Positions 58,372 to 64,000 of a stretch of 64,000 nt of DNA are shown here, piece after piece. The DNA is from an uncultured Flavobacteriales bacterium. Its GTDB lineage: Bacteria; Bacteroidota; Bacteroidia; Flavobacteriales; BACL11. The notes under the pieces were generated by a model, which searched no databases, was not told the origin of the DNA, and worked only from the letters and a program-made list of their open reading frames with translations. The DNA is taken from the NCBI GenBank assembly GCA_913063045.1, contig CAJXYM010000005.1, forward strand, positions 25,248 through 89,247, in the 5' to 3' direction. The translations under genes were made by a program, and so were the position numbers. Position 1 is the stretch's first letter. Every line of letters begins with the position of its first letter.

Positions 58372-59526
58372 TTAATTTTGAACAAATTTAGCTTTTACTT
58401 TTAACAGTTTTGTAACTTGAATTGACAATTCAAACAGCAATATTTTAGCGCTTATATTTCTATTTAGATAACCAATAGATTTCTCAAATTCATTAACTAT
58501 TAAGATACTATTTTCTTCGTTTATAAAAGCTGAAAACTTGCTAATAAACACTTTTTCATCATTACTTATTTTAAGTATAGAGTGATTAGAAAAATTATAA
58601 ATAATAGAGTTTCTTATTACCTTTATAGCAAACAACAACAACTTCTTTTGAATTAATAATGATTTTTTTGAAAACCCATTTGCCCATTTTGTTATCTCAA
58701 CAAAATCTTGTTTAAAACATAATCTCATCCACTTAGAAAACTCTGCTAATAAAAAACCCTCATCATTTGAGCTTTGCATTCTTATTAAGAAACTAATGTC
58801 TCCAGATGCTTTTAAAGACAAATTATTTTTATCATCCCCATATGTGTTTTGATAAAAATCTGATAGTTCAAGATCATTATACGAAGGAATCTTTGTTAAC
58901 TGTAGCCTAGATAAAACTGTTGGAAGTAGTTTTTTTTCTTCTTCTGAAACCAATATAACTATCGTTCCTTTTGGAGGCTCTTCTAAAACTTTTAATAATT
59001 TATTAGTTGCTAGTTTCATCATGTTTTCTGGACCCCAAACAATTACAACCCTAAATTTAGATTCAAAGTTTTTTAATGCCAGCTTATTATAAAGCGTTTC
59101 TCTACTGCTATCAAGACACTCCTTAGTAGATGTAAACTCATGAGTATAAATATGTGGTTTTTTTTCTCCCATCTCCACAAACCAATCCTCAAGAGAGCAG
59201 TAAGGGTTTTTTAAATAAAACTCTCTAAAGCTTTTAAGATAACTACTTGACCTTGTGCATTTAGACGTTTTAATAACTGGGAATATTATATGAAGATCAG
59301 GGTGTGATAAGCTTGTATACTTTAAACAAGAAGTACAGCTTTCACAAGAATCTTGATTGATAGGGTTTAAGCAGTTTATAAATCGAGCATATGCAATAGC
59401 TAATGAAAGTTTTGGGGAGCCTTTTTGACCTATAAATAATTGAGAATGAGCAATTCTATTATTTTCAACACTCTTTATGAGCTCGGATTTCACTTGGTCT
59501 AAAGCAAAAATTTCTTTAAAAAGCAT
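58372..59526 (-). CDS. holB: DNA polymerase III delta-prime-like clamp-loader subunit
   Basis: RIAHSQLFIGQKGSPKLSLAIAYARFINC, a Cys-rich zinc module (CESCTSC), LKVLEEPP and the SRLQ sensor motif. Confidence 0.7.
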   Translation of the reverse strand: MLFKEIFALDQVKSELIKSVENNRIAHSQLFIGQKGSPKLSLAIAYARFINCLNPINQDSCESCTSCLKYTSLSHPDLHIIFPVIKTSKCTRSSSYLKSFREFYLKNPYCSLEDWFVEMGEKKPHIYTHEFTSTKECLDSSRETLYNKLALKNFESKFRVVIVWGPENMMKLATNKLLKVLEEPPKGTIVILVSEEEKKLLPTVLSRLQLTKIPSYNDLELSDFYQNTYGDDKNNLSLKASGDISFLIRMQSSNDEGFLLAEFSKWMRLCFKQDFVEITKWANGFSKKSLLIQKKLLLFAIKVIRNSIIYNFSNHSILKISNDEKVFISKFSAFINEENSILIVNEFEKSIGYLNRNISAKILLFELSIQVTKLLKVKAKFVQN

Positions 59527-59545
59527 TTATAATTATTTATTCTGT

Positions 59546-59553
59546 CAAATTTA
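59546..59553 (-). promoter_or_regulatory. -7 promoter box (TAAATTTG on the minus strand)
   Basis: Ends 19 nt upstream of the minus-strand ATG at 59526. Confidence 0.4.
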
Positions 59554-59584
59554 ATTAAAATGAAATTATATAAGCCTTTTATTT

Positions 59585-59592
59585 TATTTTTG
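59585..59592 (+). promoter_or_regulatory. -7 promoter box (TATTTTTG) abutting the pgk start
   Basis: Ends only 4 nt upstream of ATG 59597. Confidence 0.25.
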
Positions 59593-59596
59593 TAGC

Positions 59597-60781
59597 ATGA
59601 AAAGAATCAAAGGTTTTAACTTTAAAAACAAAAAAACCATTATACGAGTTGATTTTAATGTTCCTTTAAACAAAGATCAAAAAGTTACAGATAATTCAAG
59701 ACTTATAGGTGCTCTCAAAACAATAAAGACAGTCATTAAGGCTAGAGGAATTGTTATTCTAATCTCACATCTTGGAAGACCAAAAGGAAAAAATAAAGAG
59801 GAGCTTTCTCTAAAACATGTTCTTCCTTTTTTAAAAAAAGAATTGTCTTGTCCTGTCTCTTTTTTTAACGATTGTGTTGGTATTGAAACTAAGGAATTTA
59901 TTAATCAACAAAAACCAGGAAGTGTTACTTTGTTAGAAAATCTTAGGTTTTACCCCGAAGAAGAGTTAGGTGATGTTAATTTTGCAAAAGAACTTGCTAG
60001 CCTTGCTGATATTTATATTAACGATGCCTTTGGCACTGCTCATAGGGCACATGCATCAACATCAATTATTACACAGTTTTTTAAAGACTGCCTGTGTGGA
60101 GAGCTAATGTATACTGAAATATCAAACTTAAAAACTACTGTTGAAATTCCTCAGAGTCATTTTACAGCAATTATTGGAGGAGCGAAAATAAGCGGTAAAA
60201 TTGAGGTGATTAAATCTCTTATAAAAAAAGTAGATAGCTTAATAATCGGAGGGGGAATGGCTTATACTTTTATTAAAGCGTTAGGAGGAAGTGTTGGAAA
60301 ATCTCTAGTTGAAGAAGAGAAATTAGTATTAGCTAAAGAAATAATTATTCTAGCAAAAGAAAAAAATGTTGCTCTTTTACTTCCTGTTGACTCAAAAAAT
60401 TCTTTACATTTTAACAATGATTCTGAAACAGATCTTTCTGATATTTATAAAATCAAAGAAGATTATATGGGTCTGGATATAGGTCCCAAAACTATTGAGC
60501 TTTTTAAAGAAGAGATTCTAAAATCAAAGACCATAATTTGGAATGGACCAATGGGAGTTTTTGAAATGCAAAAATTTGAAAAAGGAACAAAAAGCATTGC
60601 AATCGCTGTATGTGAAGCAACTAAAAAAGGTGCTTATTCTCTTATTGGAGGAGGAGACTCTGTAGCGGCCATAAAACAATTTAAACTAGAAAAGCAAGTA
60701 AGTTATATCTCTTCAGGAGGTGGGGCTATGTTAGAATATTTGGAAGGTAAGGAGTTGCCGGGAATAGTTGCTTTATTATAG
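59597..60781 (+). CDS. pgk: Phosphoglycerate kinase
   Basis: RVDFNVPL, SHLGRPKG, AFGTAHRAHAS and GGGDS motifs. Confidence 0.95.
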   Translation: MKRIKGFNFKNKKTIIRVDFNVPLNKDQKVTDNSRLIGALKTIKTVIKARGIVILISHLGRPKGKNKEELSLKHVLPFLKKELSCPVSFFNDCVGIETKEFINQQKPGSVTLLENLRFYPEEELGDVNFAKELASLADIYINDAFGTAHRAHASTSIITQFFKDCLCGELMYTEISNLKTTVEIPQSHFTAIIGGAKISGKIEVIKSLIKKVDSLIIGGGMAYTFIKALGGSVGKSLVEEEKLVLAKEIIILAKEKNVALLLPVDSKNSLHFNNDSETDLSDIYKIKEDYMGLDIGPKTIELFKEEILKSKTIIWNGPMGVFEMQKFEKGTKSIAIAVCEATKKGAYSLIGGGDSVAAIKQFKLEKQVSYISSGGGAMLEYLEGKELPGIVALL

Positions 60782-61339
60782 GTTTTTTTCTATTTCTTTC
60801 TTAGCTTTTTCAGCTTTTTTTTCAAGAGCTTTTAAAACACTTTCATGCTTTTTTACGCTGGGAGATAATTTTTCAGCAATTCCTTTAACCGGTGTGTAGA
60901 TAACAGAGCTTTTCATAATCTTTTTAGGGATTATCTCAACTTTATTTTCAAAATATAACAAACAACTCAGAATAACAGCTACTTTTAAAAAACCAAAAAA
61001 AGACCCTAATATCTTACTAATTAAACCAAGGGCAAGGACATTTGTTATTTTATCTATAATAGCCCCAATAGCCTTAACAGAAATAACAGAAAATAAAAAA
61101 ATAACGGCAAAAGATATAATAGGAATAAATGTTTTTTTATCGCCTTTAGAAACATCTGATGATAACTTTTCAAAAAGACCTGACAGAAACCCTTCAAAAT
61201 AAACTGAAAAATTTAACGCTACATAAACTCCAATTAGTATTGCCACTAATGAGGTTATTTCATTTACAATGCCCTTAGAAAATCCACGAATGAAACCGTA
61301 TATCATTGGAATAACCAAGCATATGTCAAGATAATTCAT
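60776..61339 (-). CDS. cvpA: CvpA-family membrane protein
   Basis: The N-terminus MNYLDICLVIPMIYGFIRGFSKGIVNEI is typical of CvpA. Four TM segments and a lysine-rich tail. Confidence 0.7.
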   Translation of the reverse strand: MNYLDICLVIPMIYGFIRGFSKGIVNEITSLVAILIGVYVALNFSVYFEGFLSGLFEKLSSDVSKGDKKTFIPIISFAVIFLFSVISVKAIGAIIDKITNVLALGLISKILGSFFGFLKVAVILSCLLYFENKVEIIPKKIMKSSVIYTPVKGIAEKLSPSVKKHESVLKALEKKAEKAKKEIEKNL

Positions 61340-61354
61340 TAATATAAATTTCTA

Positions 61355-61744
61355 TTAATCTTCAGTTACAACAACTGTTTTAAAAACAATTTTATTTCTA
61401 AGTAGCCTAACAACGCTTTGGCCAGAATAGGTAGAGTTTCCGTCAACTTTTTCAACAATAACATCTAATATTGCTTCGTATTGAAACTCAAACTGAGCCT
61501 GACCATTTTGATCAGTGTCCATTTTTTCAAATACATCCGAAATTGATCCTTGAGAATTTATCTCCCCCTCTCTTGAGAGTATTACTTTAGCTCCCTCAAC
61601 TTTAGTCCCATCAGCATAATTAACCGTGATTTTTGCAAGTGTAGGGTCTTCCTTTTCACAAGAGGAAATGGAGGTGATTAAAAAAGCTACAGAAAAAGCA
61701 ACTGCAAAACTTATTAAGGCAGATTTAAAATTTATGTTTCGCAT
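61355..61744 (-). CDS. Small lipoprotein, unknown function
   Basis: 129 aa with lipobox ISSC and a beta-rich mature part. Confidence 0.5.
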   Translation of the reverse strand: MRNINFKSALISFAVAFSVAFLITSISSCEKEDPTLAKITVNYADGTKVEGAKVILSREGEINSQGSISDVFEKMDTDQNGQAQFEFQYEAILDVIVEKVDGNSTYSGQSVVRLLRNKIVFKTVVVTED

Positions 61745-61774
61745 AATTATTGTTAATTTGTATTCTTATATTAG

Positions 61775-61782
61775 CAAATATA
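61775..61782 (-). promoter_or_regulatory. -7 promoter box (TATATTTG on the minus strand)
   Basis: Ends 30 nt upstream of the minus-strand ATG at 61744. Confidence 0.35.
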
Positions 61783-61799
61783 CATAGAAAATTTTCAAA

Positions 61800-62816
61800 G
61801 TGTTAAAAAAGATTTCCAATTTACTTTCAGAGGTTAATAATTTCAAACCTAATTCAAAAGAGAATTTAGATAATTTTAGGATAAAATATCTTTCAAAATC
61901 TGGTGAGCTAAATAAGCTATTTGTTCTTTTTAAAGATATTCCTGGAAATGAAAAAAAACTTTGTGGAAAAGAACTAAATAATCTTAAAAACACAATAAAC
62001 TTAAAATTAGAGGAATTTAAAAATTCATTTATTTCTAAACAACAAGTAGCAACTAATGACCTGTCAAAACCAATAATTTTAAATAATTTAGGAAGTAGAC
62101 ATCCTTTATCAATTGTTAAAAATGAGATTGTTGATATTTTCAACAGAGTTGGCTTTAATATTTCTGAAGGGCCCGAAATAGAAGATGATTGGCATAACTT
62201 TTCTGCACTTAATTTACCAGAAGAACATCCTGCTAGAGATATGCAGGATACTTTTTTTATTCAATCTGACCCAGATGTTTTACTAAGAACCCACACCTCT
62301 TCAGTTCAAGTGAGGTATATGGAAAAAAACACACCACCTATAAGAACTATTTCTCCTGGAAGAGTTTATAGAAATGAAGCTATTTCATCTAGAGCCCATT
62401 GTATATTTCATCAAGTAGAAGGTCTTTATATTGATAAAGATGTAAGCTTTGCTGATTTAAAACAAATGCTGCTTTATTTTGCAAAAGAAATGTTTGGTGA
62501 AAAAACAAAAATTAGATTACGGCCTTCATACTTTCCTTTTACAGAGCCCTCGGCAGAGGTAGATGTAAGCTGTAACATCTGCTCATCTAAAGGATGTGGT
62601 GTTTGTAAATATACAGGCTACTTGGAGATATTAGGATGTGGAATGGTTGACCCAAACGTACTTGAAAACTGCGGTATTGACAGTAAAAAATATACTGGAT
62701 ATGCTTTTGGAATGGGTATAGAAAGAATTGCTATGTTAAAGTATCAGGTAAATGATCTGAGATTATTCTATGAAAATGATGTTAGGTTTTTAAAACAGTT
62801 TTCAAGCGCAATTTAA
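61800..62816 (+). CDS. pheS: Phenylalanine--tRNA ligase alpha subunit
   Basis: [21 protein letters not shown] and [12 protein letters not shown] motifs. GTG start. pheT is not adjacent. Confidence 0.9.
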   Translation: MLKKISNLLSEVNNFKPNSKENLDNFRIKYLSKSGELNKLFVLFKDIPGNEKKLCGKELNNLKNTINLKLEEFKNSFISKQQVATNDLSKPIILNNLGSRHPLSIVKNEIVDIFNRVGFNISEGPEIEDDWHNFSALNLPEEHPARDMQDTFFIQSDPDVLLRTHTSSVQVRYMEKNTPPIRTISPGRVYRNEAISSRAHCIFHQVEGLYIDKDVSFADLKQMLLYFAKEMFGEKTKIRLRPSYFPFTEPSAEVDVSCNICSSKGCGVCKYTGYLEILGCGMVDPNVLENCGIDSKKYTGYAFGMGIERIAMLKYQVNDLRLFYENDVRFLKQFSSAI

Positions 62817-62819
62817 AAC

Positions 62820-63866
62820 TTAAACAAAGCTCCAATCATAAGTGTCAAGCCCTTCTACACACGCCCTCAATAAGTCTATTGATCCTCTAACATCTTCTTT
62901 GTGTACCATTTCTATTACTTGATGAATATGTCTTGTTGGTATTGAAACGGCTCCAGCTATAGCTCCTCCTGGGTTCATTCTTTGTACTCCAGCGGTATCT
63001 GTTCCTCCAGCAGGCAAAATTTCTAATTGAGTTTTAATTTTATTTTTCTTAGCTATTTCTTTCATATAAGAAACCATTCTATAATCACAAACAGTTGAGG
63101 AGTCCATGACTTTTATACAAGCTCCTTCTCCTAAAGCAGAGACCTGTTCTTGCTTGGTAGAACCAGGCGTATCCCAGGCAATGGTAGTGTCAAGTCCAAA
63201 TCCAAAATCTGGATTTATTTCCATCGATGATACATTAGCTCCTCTAATTCCAATTTCTTCTTGAACAGTGAAAACTGCATAAACATCATACGGAGGAATG
63301 TCTTTCATCTCTCTTAGCATCTCTATTAATATAAATACCGAAACTCTATTATCAAGAGATTTACAATTTATACAATCACCCATTTCTATTAAACTTCTTT
63401 CTCTAGTAATACTTGAGCCAATAGAGATTAACTTATCTAATTCTTTCTTACTCAAACCAGTGTCTATAAAAAAGTCTTTAGTTGTTGGTACTTTCTGCCT
63501 GTCTGCAGTGTTCATCAGATGAATAGGTTTACTTCCCATTACACCAATAATATCTTTTTTCCCGTGAATTATTACTCTTTGTGCTGTTAGAGTTTTTGGG
63601 TCAAAACCTCCTAAGGTATGAAAATATACAAATCCTTTATCGTCAATATGAGTAACAATAAAACCAATCTCATCCATATGAGCTGCTATCATAACTCTTT
63701 TGTTCTTTTTACCTTTTTTAATTGCTGAGACATTTCCCATATTGTCAATCTTTATTTCATCAACAAGATTCTCTATTTCTCTTAAAACAATTTTCCTTAC
63801 TCTATTTTCATATCCTGGCGCTCCTGCAACTTCGCAAAGCTCAGCTAAAAGTTCTGTGTTTATCAT
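62820..63866 (-). CDS. M42-family metallo-aminopeptidase (FrvX/endoglucanase-like)
   Basis: LCEVAGAPGYE start, AHMDEIGF metal ligand and FTVQEEIGIRGA. Confidence 0.85.
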   Translation of the reverse strand: MINTELLAELCEVAGAPGYENRVRKIVLREIENLVDEIKIDNMGNVSAIKKGKKNKRVMIAAHMDEIGFIVTHIDDKGFVYFHTLGGFDPKTLTAQRVIIHGKKDIIGVMGSKPIHLMNTADRQKVPTTKDFFIDTGLSKKELDKLISIGSSITRERSLIEMGDCINCKSLDNRVSVFILIEMLREMKDIPPYDVYAVFTVQEEIGIRGANVSSMEINPDFGFGLDTTIAWDTPGSTKQEQVSALGEGACIKVMDSSTVCDYRMVSYMKEIAKKNKIKTQLEILPAGGTDTAGVQRMNPGGAIAGAVSIPTRHIHQVIEMVHKEDVRGSIDLLRACVEGLDTYDWSFV

Positions 63867-63868
63867 GT

Positions 63869-64000
63869 CTAATTTACAATGCTTAATTTTATCATATTGG
63901 TCATTCCTTTTTGCTGTGCTGGCATACTAGCCAAACTAATTACAGCATCACCTTTTTTAATATCTTTATTATTCTTTAATATTTCCTTTGTTTCTATAAT
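63869..64000 (-). CDS. pyk: Pyruvate kinase, C-terminal 43 codons only (the rest lies beyond the window)
   Basis: The minus-strand translation ...KKGDAVISLASMPAQQKGMTNMIKLSIVN* matches the conserved pyruvate kinase C-terminus (G-D-x-V-V...G-x-P...G-x-T-N-x-x-K-V). The frame is open to the window edge. Confidence 0.55.
   Translation of the reverse strand: MIETKEILKNNKDIKKGDAVISLASMPAQQKGMTNMIKLSIVN

Noticed and set aside
61766-62143. A 125-aa minus-strand ORF overlapping the pheS 5' region.
   Set aside because: It lies opposite the conserved pheS N-terminus, has a low-complexity translation, and would collide with the promoter region of the 61355-61744 lipoprotein gene.
1-64000. A search for tRNA, rRNA, tmRNA-like genes, CRISPR repeats, IS elements, integrases, phage genes, toxin-antitoxin pairs and recognisable defence systems.
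   Set aside because: Apart from 561-862, no non-coding gap is longer than about 130 nt. I saw no periodic repeat-spacer pattern, no transposase or recombinase motifs, and no large uncharacterised ATPase or nuclease genes. The window looks like core chromosome. A covariance-model scan (tRNAscan-SE, Infernal) would be the decisive check for small RNAs.

Overview
This is an AT-rich (roughly one-third G+C by eye), very gene-dense chromosomal segment with about 60 protein-coding genes. I found no rRNA, tRNA, CRISPR array, transposase or integrase. The source is most likely a Bacteroidota genome, probably Flavobacteriales. Four things point there: a GldH gliding lipoprotein, T9SS type A and type B C-terminal sorting domains, a single-subunit cytochrome b succinate dehydrogenase operon, and an S46 dipeptidyl-peptidase. 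Bacteroidota-type -7 promoter boxes (TAnnTTTG) also recur in the short intergenic gaps. Most of the content is housekeeping:
- Replication and repair: polA, uvrC, holB-like.
- Translation: lepA, ileS, lysS, pheS, rluF.
- Purine synthesis, scattered over three loci: purD, purQ, purF.
- Energy and central metabolism: sdhCAB, pgk, a PGI/PMI isomerase, scoAB, a pyruvate kinase 3' end.
- Fe-S assembly: a nine-gene SUF operon.
- Envelope: lspA, PBP1A, gldH.
- Cofactors and amino acids: thiL, lipB, asd.

I do not see a clear defence or mobile island. The stretches most worth a second look are:
1. Two adjacent secreted CotH-kinase-family proteins with different T9SS sorting domains (34042-39171).
2. 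A tight three-gene unit of a PLP decarboxylase, a protein with an LRAT/NlpC-P60-like H..H..NCxxFV pattern, and an ATGA-coupled 93-aa Cys-rich protein (31546-33907).
3. A tandem pair of paralogous ~70-aa two-TM proteins behind the longest non-coding gap, with the only clear hairpin terminator in the window (561-1396).
4. Two uncharacterised families (DUF2480-like, DUF3050-like) translationally coupled to the end of the SUF operon.
5. A crtD / cruF-like / lycopene-cyclase-domain carotenoid module packed behind asd.

All family assignments come from motif recognition by eye; no database search was run.
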